Shown: positions 26,334 through 35,107, counted from the first letter of the stretch. The stretch is DNA of 56,970 bases from Candidatus Nanoarchaeia archaeon (GCA_035655455.1 DASRUL010000005.1:1-56970), one strand, 5' to 3'. The notes: generated by a model from the sequence alone, not told the origin. Translations and numbers: made by a program.

Positions 26334-27074
26334 TCAGAATACCTTCTCATAAATTTTCACAACAAACCTTAACGGAGAATACATCAACCTCAACCGCGTC
26401 ACAGCCAAGAACATCTCAACCGTGGCCTTTTTCACATTTAATTTTGAACCCTCAGTATCCTTCCATACTGTAGGAACTTCCTTCCACGTAAACCCCTGAC
26501 GCTTTAACTGGTACAACAAGTCAATATCAAACGCCCACCTTGTTATTCCCATCTTCGGAAGAATCTTTTCTATAACTTTTTTTGTGAAAATTTTCGCACC
26601 GCACTGGCTGTCAGCAAGCTTCAAACCAAACAAGAACCTAATCAAGAGATTAAACCCTCGCGAAGCAACCCTCCTACTCAACGGCTGCTTCGGCTCAACA
26701 ACAGCGCCTTTCATGTACCGTGACGCAATCACCGCATCAGCGTATCCAATGCTCCTAAAAATCCTGTCGAACTCCTCAGCAGTCGTGGAATTATCTGCAT
26801 CCACAAACCCAATATTGTTTCCTCTCGCGACCTTCCACCCTTCTATTACAGCACCGCCCTTTCCAATCCCTTCCTTAAATTCCAAGATTCTTAGCTGCTT
26901 GTACCTCTTAAACCTCTCAACCACACTCATTGTATTATCCCGACATCCATTCAGCACCACAATCACCTCAACATCATCCTTATATTTTTTAGAAAAATAA
27001 AATAAGTACTCCTGAAGCGTCCTTCCTATCCTTTTTTCTTCGTTGTACGCCGGAATAACAATGCTTAGCTCCAT
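26334..27074 (-). CDS. GT2 polyprenyl/dolichyl-phosphate hexose synthase-like (Dpm1-like)
   Basis: MELSIVIPAYNEEKRI...IGFVDADNST...DSQCGAKIF. Confidence 0.7.
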   Translation of the reverse strand: MELSIVIPAYNEEKRIGRTLQEYLFYFSKKYKDDVEVIVVLNGCRDNTMSVVERFKRYKQLRILEFKEGIGKGGAVIEGWKVARGNNIGFVDADNSTTAEEFDRIFRSIGYADAVIASRYMKGAVVEPKQPLSRRVASRGFNLLIRFLFGLKLADSQCGAKIFTKKVIEKILPKMGITRWAFDIDLLYQLKRQGFTWKEVPTVWKDTEGSKLNVKKATVEMFLAVTRLRLMYSPLRFVVKIYEKVF

Positions 27075-28312
27075 CCTCTCCTCGTGTACCAATATAAAAC
27101 GAGAAACAACCCGACCATCGTTCCTGCGAGAATCTTCACCACCTGACCAAGCGTCTCATGAAACACCCCAATCAGCAACGCCTCAATCACAAAAAACACC
27201 CCTAAAACGTACACAAACTTCGTCCTGTTCACAGAAAGATTGTAGAGCGAAAGCAAATAACAAAGAGAAAAAAACGCCATCGCAATGCCCATCGCACCAA
27301 CAAGAGGAACAATCGGCAAGTACTGCTCACCAAACAACACCAACACGATCAGCTTCGGCACCGCGAAATACACCCCTACAGCAACGATAGAACCTAGCAC
27401 CATCAATATCAACGATTTTTTCAACAAATGCTTGTTCTCCTTTTTTAACGAATGCATCTCGGCGACCTTCGGAAACATCACACTCCCAAGAGCAAACGTT
27501 CCGAAGAAAATAACCTTCCCAATAATCGATAAGGCAGCATAATACCCTGCCTCAGCAGCAGAAAAAAAATGCTTTACCAAGAGCACGTCAATAGTATAAT
27601 ACCCTGTCAGAATCACCAACACATAAAACACAGGAAACGCATACTTGTAAATTTCAGCCTTCTCAAATGCCTCACCTTGCTTTTTCAACAAGGCCCTCAA
27701 AGGAAAATACGCCACCAAGAGAGACGCTCCAGCAAACGAAATCACAATCCCAAGAATAGCACCATTCACCCCAAAACCAAGAACAATCAAGCCAAGCCCC
27801 GCCCCTACCTTCAGTAATCCCTCTAACGCAACATTCCACCCCAATTCTTTAAACCTTTGCAGTCCCTGCAAGACACCCCGCATCACAGGCAAGAGCAAGG
27901 CAAAAAACACGATAGGCATGAACACAAGCAGCGCTGTTTTTGGAATCTTCAGAAACGAAGCCAAAGGCGCATGCACCAGGAAAAAAGCCAGGAATCCACC
28001 AACACCAACAATCACCATCTTCCTCAACGAGCGTCCCAGCAACCTGTTCACCTTCTCTTCCTTTCCCTCAGCCCTAAACTGCGCAGAAAACTTCGCGATT
28101 GTTGTTTGAATTACGTTTACCGGAACATTGATCAAGTACAGCAAAGAGATCACCGCGCCGAGCACCCCATACTCAGCAGGACCCAACAAACGACCAGCAG
28201 CAAAATGATATAAGTACGCGAACACGTTCGCGACCATCGTCGCGGAAAACAAGATCACCCCATCTCGCACAAGACTGTCATCTTTCTCATACTTCAACAA
28301 ACTTTTCAGCAT
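27065..28312 (-). CDS. Wzx/MOP-family flippase
   Basis: 415 aa, polytopic; PST-type N-terminus. Confidence 0.65.
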   Translation of the reverse strand: MLKSLLKYEKDDSLVRDGVILFSATMVANVFAYLYHFAAGRLLGPAEYGVLGAVISLLYLINVPVNVIQTTIAKFSAQFRAEGKEEKVNRLLGRSLRKMVIVGVGGFLAFFLVHAPLASFLKIPKTALLVFMPIVFFALLLPVMRGVLQGLQRFKELGWNVALEGLLKVGAGLGLIVLGFGVNGAILGIVISFAGASLLVAYFPLRALLKKQGEAFEKAEIYKYAFPVFYVLVILTGYYTIDVLLVKHFFSAAEAGYYAALSIIGKVIFFGTFALGSVMFPKVAEMHSLKKENKHLLKKSLILMVLGSIVAVGVYFAVPKLIVLVLFGEQYLPIVPLVGAMGIAMAFFSLCYLLSLYNLSVNRTKFVYVLGVFFVIEALLIGVFHETLGQVVKILAGTMVGLFLVLYWYTRRGWS

Positions 28313-28316
28313 CGGC

Positions 28317-29321
28317 CTAAATAACCCAGATCAAGGCGCTAAAAAAAGCCTCGATCCCCATCATCAACCACACGATTCTTTTTTCAGTAAACCTTCCCCT
28401 CCTTGTGAAGAGATGAATTAAAGAATAAATCCTCTCTCCCTGCCTTGAATGAACCTTCCCCTCCTTAAAAATACCATAACTCTGCGCCTGAAAATTACTT
28501 CTCGCTTTCAGAACAAACTCAATAAAAAAAGGAACAGACACGATCAACGCAGCCCTCTCAAGATTCCCCAAAATCGCGATAACAGCCAAAGAGCCACCCA
28601 TCAAGTAAGTCAAGGAATCACCAGGAAGAATTTTCGCAGGGAATTTATTGTACAAATAAAACGCGAGTAAAGCAGTGAATGTCACTAAGGCAATCAACGC
28701 ACCCAGGTACTCATGGTGCGTGTAAGCAAACAACCCTAAACTTCCCATATACACGAGCCCCATTCCAGCTTCCACCCCATTTAACCCCGCAAGCATATTC
28801 ACCATATTCGCAGCGCCTACCACTCCCAGCGGGACGAGCACTAAGGGATAAAGAATTCCAAAATCAACAACACCAAGGAAAGGGAGACCCATTTCTGTCG
28901 TACCAACGCTGACCACCATCAAAGGAATCGCCGCAGTCAATGTCAGCAGCGGTTTTTGCCACTGCCTCAACCCAGAAGAACTGTCCCGAGACTCAACCAC
29001 CAAATCATCCAGAAAACCGACGAGCGTAATAATAAAGATTGACACCATTGCCGCAAACAAAAACAATAATCCCGCCTCATTCACAACCCTGCTTAACTCT
29101 GTCTCTATGAAAAATGTCCTGACAAAAATAAACCCCAACAACCCAGCAAGCATGCCCGCAAGCACAGGAATACCAGCAGAAAAAGGAATCAAAGGCGTGT
29201 GTTCTTTGTTTTGATCCTTCACCTCTAAACGAATCTTTTTCACATAACGAATCCACCACGACATTCCTAAATACACTACCAAGAAGCTGATTACGCCGAA
29301 CAGCAAGACTAAGATGAGCAT
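28317..29321 (-). CDS. GlcNAc-1-phosphate transferase (AglH/WecA/MraY family)
   Basis: Polytopic, with FLDDLV and AANMVNMLAGLNGVEAG motifs. ATG at 29321 sits 21-31 nt downstream of a TATA-like box at 29342-29352 (the track start at 29336 is TTG). Confidence 0.75.
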   Translation of the reverse strand: MLILVLLFGVISFLVVYLGMSWWIRYVKKIRLEVKDQNKEHTPLIPFSAGIPVLAGMLAGLLGFIFVRTFFIETELSRVVNEAGLLFLFAAMVSIFIITLVGFLDDLVVESRDSSSGLRQWQKPLLTLTAAIPLMVVSVGTTEMGLPFLGVVDFGILYPLVLVPLGVVGAANMVNMLAGLNGVEAGMGLVYMGSLGLFAYTHHEYLGALIALVTFTALLAFYLYNKFPAKILPGDSLTYLMGGSLAVIAILGNLERAALIVSVPFFIEFVLKARSNFQAQSYGIFKEGKVHSRQGERIYSLIHLFTRRGRFTEKRIVWLMMGIEAFFSALIWVI

Positions 29322-29357
29322 TATCAAGCCCACCAAGAAAGCTTATAAAAAGGTTTC

Positions 29358-29380
29358 CCTCAGCTTGGCTCTGTCCTAAG
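29358..29380. repeat. left end of cargo element 2: 9-bp direct repeat CCTCAGCTT (29358-29366) plus 14-bp TIR GGCTCTGTCCTAAG (29367-29380)
   Basis: An exact inverted copy CTTAGGACAGAGCC lies at 32447-32460, followed by an exact CCTCAGCTT at 32461-32469. Confidence 0.65.
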
Positions 29381-29474
29381 TCCTTTTCACGAGTTACATT
29401 CCAAGCCACTCAAATCGGGTTTTCTTATGGAAAAAACTGGGTCTTTCCAAAGTGAACATTCAACAAAAATAAGG

Positions 29475-29487
29475 TTTAGGACAGAGC
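29475..29487. repeat. third, internal copy of the element-2 TIR (forms a 121-bp MITE-like unit with 29367-29380)
   Basis: TTAGGACAGAGCC, in the same orientation as the right TIR. Confidence 0.5.
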
Positions 29488-29632
29488 CCCCAACAACAAC
29501 ACTAAAAGCGAGATCATTGCAGCTACCGCGATAGTCGCTGTTTTTTTTGCGCTCTTTTTCCTGCATGGAACTGGTAGCGACAGTAAAAACTACAAAACTG
29601 GCCAAAGGATCAAAAATTACCCGGAATTTAAC

Positions 29633-32140
29633 TTACACGCATCGCCCAGAATTACAAACTTTTAAGTTCGGGCATTGTGAATTAGACGTGCAAGCCGAGC
29701 ATAGCCATCCCCCTGGAGTTAGAGCGCAGTATCCAGACCGGCATTGCGAAGATCTCAAACATACACCGCCATTCCTGATGCTGCTGGCTCCGCAAACTCT
29801 TCTGGTCTGGTATTGGATGCAGGCTCCCGAGGAACAATCAGAATCTACTGTGCACAATGAGCCATCAGGCAAATTGGTTTGCGCTTGGCTGGAGCAGACA
29901 TTGTTCAGACAATTAAACGATTGGCACTGGATGCTTAAGCTGCAGGATGCGCCAGCCTGAAGATTGGATGGCAGGCAGGTCAGTCTGCTTGATCCGGCAG
30001 GATATCTGCATAAATTGGAGCTGCATTCTGAATCAGTTGAACATGATGCGCCATAGCCTAAACTTCCTGTCTCAGCCAAGCAGAATTTACCTTGTCCTGC
30101 AGGATTATTGATGCAATTTCCGGATAAGCATTGGTTATGGTTTTCACAGGTTTCACCGACGGAAAATCCGGCTATACAGAATTTTGCGTTTATTGGTCCT
30201 CGGCATAAATTAGGAGCGGGGCACTCTTCGTTGTACCAGCAGGAATCTCCGATGTTTTTTAAAGGTATACATTGTTTTTGAGTAAATTGACCGATTCGTC
30301 TACATGATCCGGAAAGGCATTGCGCATCTACATAACAGTTCTGATAATCTTCGAAGTTAGAGTTGAGGCATATTTTTTCTCCAAGAGGATCACTTGCGCA
30401 AAGATTTGAGGTACACTGGCGACTAGTTGAACAGAATCTATCTTTAGTGAGCCCAGAAGGGAGACATTGTTTAATTCTTATTCCTTGCGGATAATCGCAC
30501 ACTCCGGAAATGCATTCAGCGTCATTGGAGCAGGTATAACCGCCGCGTCCATGCAAATTTCCAGTGCATATTCCGCGTAGATCTACTTGGCCGGTAGTCT
30601 CAATCATTCGATAACATATATGAGCTTCATTTATTTCTTCGTAATTTCTTTGTGAGAATATTATGTTTCCATCATTACCAAAACCAGAAGCGAGATGCCC
30701 AGCACCACCACCCATGACTGACATCTCAGTTGGTTTAACTAAAAAAAAAGCGTAAGAACATCCATTAAATACATTAGGCCACCAAGGTTTAGAACTCGGT
30801 AGACAATTAGGGTATAGTGGAAAAGGATATCCTGGGTTCGTGGTATATTCATCAGCAAGATTGCCAAACGAGTGTCCTACTTCGTGAAGAAATGTAATTA
30901 TAATGTTGTTCCAAACAGTACTGTCATCATCGCTTAACCAAACTCGTGAATTTCCGCCCATCACGAAAGAGAACCATCGGTCAAAATTAGCAGAAGATTT
31001 GCATTTATCCCTAAGCACGTAAATAATATTAGTATTGGATAACCCGCAGGGCTCAATTGGATTATATCGATCGCACGTCTCTTTAAGATCATTGCGAGAG
31101 GAGGGTAAAGGTAAATCCTGATCCAGATACCAGAAATTGAACAAATGATTATTGTACTTAAAAGGATCCATTCCAAACAAGCCAGATGTTGATCTTTTTC
31201 GGAGGTCTTCTCGGGTATATCGTTCTGTTACTCCTTTCGCATTATAATCAATCATCTCTAACAAATATTTTGTAAACTCCGGAAGTCCTCGTTGATCCCG
31301 ACCGTAACCTAGCCCCACAAAAACAAGGTTAACTCGGTTTTCGCCCAAAGCGTTATGCCCAGGAAAAATTTCTTTGTAACCAGTACACTCCTGCTGGAAG
31401 GTATTGCCTTCATCGCTGTTAATCCCCACTAACGTTCGTTCAGACGAACCATCTACTGTTCTTCCAGTAATTAAAGAGGGCTGGCTTCCTCCCACGGATA
31501 CGGGAGTTATTGAAGAACTCATCAATTCAAAATATTCCCGGTTTCCAGAGCTGGAAACAGCATATTCTTGGTCAGAAACAACCGCTCCTTTATTAGAGAT
31601 TATCTGCAATCTTGCCGGGCTGTTGGCTAAAGGCCTTTCCACGGTAAATCTAACTTCCACTTCCGTTTTAGAACTTTCTTTAATATTTCCTAAATTAATG
31701 GTTCCATCGTCATTAAACTGTTCGGAGATCTCTAAAGTGGTCAGGCCAAAAAATTGCGTATAATCTTGGCTGTTAACATTCAAAACTGCCCGGTAAATTT
31801 CTTCCTGATTTAATCCTCCGGCTTCCTGAGCCTGAGTTCTATATTCTTCAATTTTCCTGGTTGCTTCTGAAGACTGAGTGTACATTCGCGCCTGTTTCAA
31901 TTTCCAATTGCCGGTGTCCAAAACCAAGGCATAGACATAATGCCGTATCCCTTCAGAAGTCATCGGGCTAATTTCTCCCCGGATGGAGCTTGCTGTTGAT
32001 TTGCTTGCAGAAAATTTGTTGAAATCAGTTGAGAAAGCCTGCCCGACAAAATTCTCATTTCCAATAATGATCACTCCGGAAATTACTGCCAGCAACAGAA
32101 CAAGTATTACATAATGAACTTGCTTAAAACCTCTTTTCAT
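29633..32140 (-). CDS. secreted or anchored M64-like zinc metallopeptidase with a C-terminal array of ~10 four-Cys modules
   Basis: 835 aa. N-terminal TM/signal anchor (VHYVILVLLLAVISGVIIIG). FLHEVGHSFGNLADEY (30845-30886) matches my recollection of the M64 IgA-peptidase-like HExxHxxGxxxDEY signature. The last 301 aa are Cys-rich repeats. Confidence 0.65.
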   Translation of the reverse strand: MKRGFKQVHYVILVLLLAVISGVIIIGNENFVGQAFSTDFNKFSASKSTASSIRGEISPMTSEGIRHYVYALVLDTGNWKLKQARMYTQSSEATRKIEEYRTQAQEAGGLNQEEIYRAVLNVNSQDYTQFFGLTTLEISEQFNDDGTINLGNIKESSKTEVEVRFTVERPLANSPARLQIISNKGAVVSDQEYAVSSSGNREYFELMSSSITPVSVGGSQPSLITGRTVDGSSERTLVGINSDEGNTFQQECTGYKEIFPGHNALGENRVNLVFVGLGYGRDQRGLPEFTKYLLEMIDYNAKGVTERYTREDLRKRSTSGLFGMDPFKYNNHLFNFWYLDQDLPLPSSRNDLKETCDRYNPIEPCGLSNTNIIYVLRDKCKSSANFDRWFSFVMGGNSRVWLSDDDSTVWNNIIITFLHEVGHSFGNLADEYTTNPGYPFPLYPNCLPSSKPWWPNVFNGCSYAFFLVKPTEMSVMGGGAGHLASGFGNDGNIIFSQRNYEEINEAHICYRMIETTGQVDLRGICTGNLHGRGGYTCSNDAECISGVCDYPQGIRIKQCLPSGLTKDRFCSTSRQCTSNLCASDPLGEKICLNSNFEDYQNCYVDAQCLSGSCRRIGQFTQKQCIPLKNIGDSCWYNEECPAPNLCRGPINAKFCIAGFSVGETCENHNQCLSGNCINNPAGQGKFCLAETGSLGYGASCSTDSECSSNLCRYPAGSSRLTCLPSNLQAGASCSLSIQCQSFNCLNNVCSSQAQTNLPDGSLCTVDSDCSSGACIQYQTRRVCGASSIRNGGVCLRSSQCRSGYCALTPGGWLCSACTSNSQCPNLKVCNSGRCV
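29636..30538 (-). other. protein-level tandem array of ~10 four-Cys modules (C-x5-C-x3/4-C-x6-12-C)
   Basis: Examples: TCSNDAECISGVCDYPQGIRIKQC, FCSTSRQCTSNLCASDPLGEKIC, NCYVDAQCLSGSCRRIGQFTQKQC, TCENHNQCLSGNCINNPAGQGKFC, SCSTDSECSSNLCRYPAGSSRLTC, LCTVDSDCSSGACIQYQTRRVC. Confidence 0.7.
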
Positions 32141-32146
32141 GTTCTT

Positions 32147-32410
32147 CTATTCTGGTGTTATACAGAATGGTTGCGGTGGGTAGGACTCTAATAAGCCGCA
32201 TCCATTTCTATTTCCACACCGGTCTTCGCAATATTGGGAAAATTCTTGATAACTCAGGCATTTTTGTCCAGTTTCTATCGCATAGCAATTTAGTCCGGCA
32301 GGGCAATTTCCTTCATTATTGCAGGAAACAAAATTATTTCTGGTGGCGCTTTGACATGCCGTCAATATTAATGAGGTGAGCAAGGATAATATCAACAATA
32401 GTTTTTTCAT
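32147..32410 (-). CDS. small Cys-rich putative lipoprotein containing one copy of the same Cys module
   Basis: 87 aa. Signal peptide plus lipobox-like LILTAC. SCNNEGNCPAGLNCYAIETGQKC fits the module of the downstream gene. It ends 6 nt before the M64-like gene start, and a TATA-like box lies upstream inside the element. Confidence 0.6.
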   Translation of the reverse strand: MKKLLLILSLLTSLILTACQSATRNNFVSCNNEGNCPAGLNCYAIETGQKCLSYQEFSQYCEDRCGNRNGCGLLESYPPQPFCITPE

Positions 32411-32446
32411 CTATTAAAGAAGAATTAACTAGTATAAAAATGTTAT

Positions 32447-32469
32447 CTTAGGACAGAGCCCCTCAGCTT
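32447..32469. repeat. right end of cargo element 2: TIR (32447-32460) plus direct repeat CCTCAGCTT (32461-32469)
   Basis: See 29358..29380. Confidence 0.65.
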
Positions 32470-32553
32470 TTTTTTATTCTTGATGCGAGAAAACTATCCA
32501 CTTTAGTGGACTGAGATGAATCGCATTCTATTTGAATTCTGAAAAATTAAAAT

Positions 32554-32580
32554 GCATGGCGAGCGAAGCTTGCGCCATGC
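32554..32580 (+). repeat. strong hairpin upstream of the second tnpA
   Basis: GCATGGCG-a-GCGAAGC-tt-GCGCCATGC. An 8-bp outer stem encloses a GCGAAGC mini-hairpin. Confidence 0.5.
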
Positions 32581-32634
32581 ACTTTTCACTAAAGTTCAAC
32601 ATAGCGTTAGCTCTCCTCCGCCAGGAGCACAAAA

Positions 32635-33057
32635 ATGGAATACACACGTCATGCGCACAGCGTCGGAGACAACTTTTGGCACATAGAATGGTGTCCAAAG
32701 TACCGCTATAACATATTTGAGAAATTTAAGTATAAGAACCTTGCGGAAGCCTGCATCCGCAAAGTGGCCAAAGAACACAGCCTTGTGATTCACGAACTGC
32801 AAGTCATGCCTGATCACTTGCACTGTGTCGTTAGCATTCCAGATACAATGAGCATCTCAGAAGCAACAAGACTTCTGAAAGGAAGAAGCAGTTACTTGTT
32901 CTTCCGCAATCATGAGAAAGCACGATTACGCTATCCACAAGGACATTTGTGGAGCGTTGGAACATTCAGAACAAGTGTAGGTCACTCAGATCTTCCAACT
33001 ACTCTTCGTTACGTAAGAGAACAACAAGAATATCATGCAGTAGCATCACCCGCATGA
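32635..33057 (+). CDS. tnpA: IS200-type HUH transposase homolog lacking the catalytic tyrosine
   Basis: 140 aa. WHIEWCPKYRYNIF, HUH in PDHLHCVV, and KGRSS are all IS200-like. The FW.RGY..TVG region reads LWSVGTFRTSVG (Thr110, ACA at 32962-32964). AGGAG RBS 9 nt upstream. Confidence 0.75.
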   Translation: MEYTRHAHSVGDNFWHIEWCPKYRYNIFEKFKYKNLAEACIRKVAKEHSLVIHELQVMPDHLHCVVSIPDTMSISEATRLLKGRSSYLFFRNHEKARLRYPQGHLWSVGTFRTSVGHSDLPTTLRYVREQQEYHAVASPA

Positions 33058-33147
33058 AGCCTCGGACTTTAGCTCGAGGAGAAGGTTACTTAGACTAACT
33101 TTCTCTACCCAAAAACTCTTAAATAGCATTCGCTGACCAAAAATTTC

Positions 33148-33957
33148 ATGACCCTTAAGTTTTTATCCCCCAGCTTTAGAACACGATACCTCAGCATCCT
33201 CGGCCTTGTAGAAAACCTCTCAAAACATCATTCTCTCACAACAACCCTCAACATTGGCTGCGGAGAAGGAGACTACGACAGAGCCCTCACTCCTTACTGC
33301 ACAACCCTCCACTCAGGAGACCTCAACCCTTACGACGTCGCCTTCTGCAAAGAAGCAAACAAAGACCTCGCTATTCGTTACCAAGAACTCGACGCGGAAA
33401 ACTTACCCTTCCAAGACGAAGCCTTTGACTGCATCCTCTGTATAGAAGTCCTAGAACACGTCAACTCCATCGAAAAATCCCTCCAAAACATCCAACGCGC
33501 CCTCAAAAAGGGAGGACTCCTCATCATCACCGTACCCAACTCACGATTCCCTTTCACCTACGACCCCATCAACACCATTCTCAACCTTTTCAACATTTCT
33601 CTTCCCATAGGAGCATACGCCTACGGACATCAAAAACTCATCACCGAAGAAACACTCGAACAACAACTCGCCACATACGGACTCACCCTCCTCAAAAAAG
33701 AACATCTCTCCCATTACCTCGTAGGCTTCTTCGAAATGTACTGGGCAGGACTCGCACAAGCTCTCTTCAAACACAATTCAAAAAACACCCTCAAAAGAAC
33801 CAATAAAAAACTCGTTTTGAGATCAATAACGCTCAACCCCCCAAAAATCCTCCTCTCCATCATCGATACACTTATCCAACTTGATGAAGACCTTTTTAAA
33901 AAATCCAAACGTTCCATAGGCTTCTTACTTTTTCTTCAGAAAACTACGTCGCAATAA
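33148..33957 (+). CDS. class I SAM-dependent methyltransferase
   Basis: LNIGCGEGDY...FDCILCIEVLEHV...GGLLIITVPN. Confidence 0.7.
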   Translation: MTLKFLSPSFRTRYLSILGLVENLSKHHSLTTTLNIGCGEGDYDRALTPYCTTLHSGDLNPYDVAFCKEANKDLAIRYQELDAENLPFQDEAFDCILCIEVLEHVNSIEKSLQNIQRALKKGGLLIITVPNSRFPFTYDPINTILNLFNISLPIGAYAYGHQKLITEETLEQQLATYGLTLLKKEHLSHYLVGFFEMYWAGLAQALFKHNSKNTLKRTNKKLVLRSITLNPPKILLSIIDTLIQLDEDLFKKSKRSIGFLLFLQKTTSQ

Positions 33958-35107
33958 ACGCTCCCCAATTCGCACTCTCAGAAATCTGATAATAAAAACT
34001 TACCATCACCAACCATCCAACAATAATAAGCCCATATAAAAGAATTCTTACCCAAAGCTGCCTTTCTTCAATACCCTTCACAATAAACATCACATACAAC
34101 GGCACCAAATACGTAAAATACCTAAAATAATAAATCGAAGAACCCGCCCCAAAAAATTCCACTACAGGATTCATCACTAAAGAAACTACAAACACACCAA
34201 AAAACATCACCGCAGCGAACTTTCCATTTTCACTTTCTCTTATCCACTTCCACGCACCAGCCAAACAAAAAAACGTAAGCATTGCTGCAAAAATAATTAT
34301 CACTAGAAGTCCTAGTCGACCGAATTGTTCCCTGATTACAGAAGCATTCACCATCACTGCAAACTTAAAAAAAGGATACGGAATCTCTATAAGCCTTAAT
34401 CCTGTATAAGGTAAGTGACCCTCTTGAATCAAGGTATAATCCAACTGCCTTAAAAAAACAGGAACATAAGCTATAACTCCTATCAATAACACCCCTAAGC
34501 TCTTCCCAAAATCTTTTACTTCCACCCTCTTTCTCCATAATACTACAGTAAGAACATGCATTGCGATCAAAAAAACACTATAAAAATGCAAATAAAACAA
34601 TACTACATATAACATTCCCAAAAAATACACCATCCTCCCCTTACCCTTAAAAATGTACCCATACAAACAGTAAGTCGCAATCATAAACACCAATGAGACC
34701 AATATATAAGAACGTAATTGCAAAGAATACACAAGATGCATAGGATTTATAGCCAATAATAATGCTGTCAATATTCCAACACTTTCTTTCCCACTTAATT
34801 CTCTTGCAAGAAAATAAGTTACAAGAATACCCAACACTCCAATTAATACAGTAACAACTCTCAAAAAAACTTCGGAGTCATACACCTTCAACAAAAAGCC
34901 AAGTATAAAATAATACCCAGGAGGATGAGGCTCAGTCGCAAGCACCTCACCCAAACTCCCATTCACACTCAACCTAGAAAAATACAAACTATGATCCTCA
35001 TCAGTCCCCAACTGACGCTCCCCAACACCATTTATCCTTAAAAGAAAAGCAACCACTAAAATAAAAATCAACAAACCATACTTCTTAAAAAAATCCTTCC
35101 ACATCAT
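33944..35107 (-). CDS. GT-C membrane glycosyltransferase (ArnT/PMT-like)
   Basis: Polytopic. Early-loop motif LGTDEDHSLYFS. ATG at 35107 lies 21-29 nt from a TATA-like box at 35128-35136 (the track start at 35119 is GTG). Confidence 0.6.
   Translation of the reverse strand: MMWKDFFKKYGLLIFILVVAFLLRINGVGERQLGTDEDHSLYFSRLSVNGSLGEVLATEPHPPGYYFILGFLLKVYDSEVFLRVVTVLIGVLGILVTYFLARELSGKESVGILTALLLAINPMHLVYSLQLRSYILVSLVFMIATYCLYGYIFKGKGRMVYFLGMLYVVLFYLHFYSVFLIAMHVLTVVLWRKRVEVKDFGKSLGVLLIGVIAYVPVFLRQLDYTLIQEGHLPYTGLRLIEIPYPFFKFAVMVNASVIREQFGRLGLLVIIIFAAMLTFFCLAGAWKWIRESENGKFAAVMFFGVFVVSLVMNPVVEFFGAGSSIYYFRYFTYLVPLYVMFIVKGIEERQLWVRILLYGLIIVGWLVMVSFYYQISESANWGAFIAT

Larger units (their letters stand above)
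29367..32460. mobile_element. TIR-bounded, TSD-flanked transposase-less cargo element carrying an M64-like/Cys-repeat protein gene and a Cys-rich lipoprotein gene
   Basis: Perfect 14-bp TIRs flanked by a perfect 9-bp direct repeat. The first 8 nt of the TIR (GGCTCTGT) equal those of the IS5-like IR at 1125. The interior lacks the C>G + strand bias of the surrounding DNA (hand count at 30001-30060: G13/C12). Confidence 0.6.
32494..33090 (+). mobile_element. second IS200/IS605-family element (tnpA only); boundaries approximate
   Basis: The left-end sequence CCACTTTAGTGGACTGAGATGAATCGC resembles the left end of the first copy (CTCCTTTAGGTCTGAGTGAATTGCG at ~1707-1731). Hairpins lie upstream (32554-32580) and downstream (33060-33079) of tnpA. 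Confidence 0.45.

Noticed and set aside
29387-29960. ORFs 29387..29605 (-) and 29547..29960 (+) between the AglH-like gene and the M64-like gene.
   Set aside because: The first spans the MITE-like left end and intergenic DNA. The second is antisense to the 3' end of the M64-like gene. Neither has motifs or a promoter context.
29636-30538. The Cys-rich region as a DNA-level tandem repeat or VNTR.
   Set aside because: The repetition is visible only at the protein level, as Cys spacing. The module DNA sequences are divergent with no long nucleotide identity.
29367-32460. Three copies of TTAGGACAGAGCC as a possible CRISPR-like or dispersed regulatory repeat.
   Set aside because: There are only three copies, in mixed orientation, without regular spacing. 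Two of them are flanked by a perfect 9-bp direct repeat, which fits transposon ends. No CRISPR array is visible anywhere in the window.
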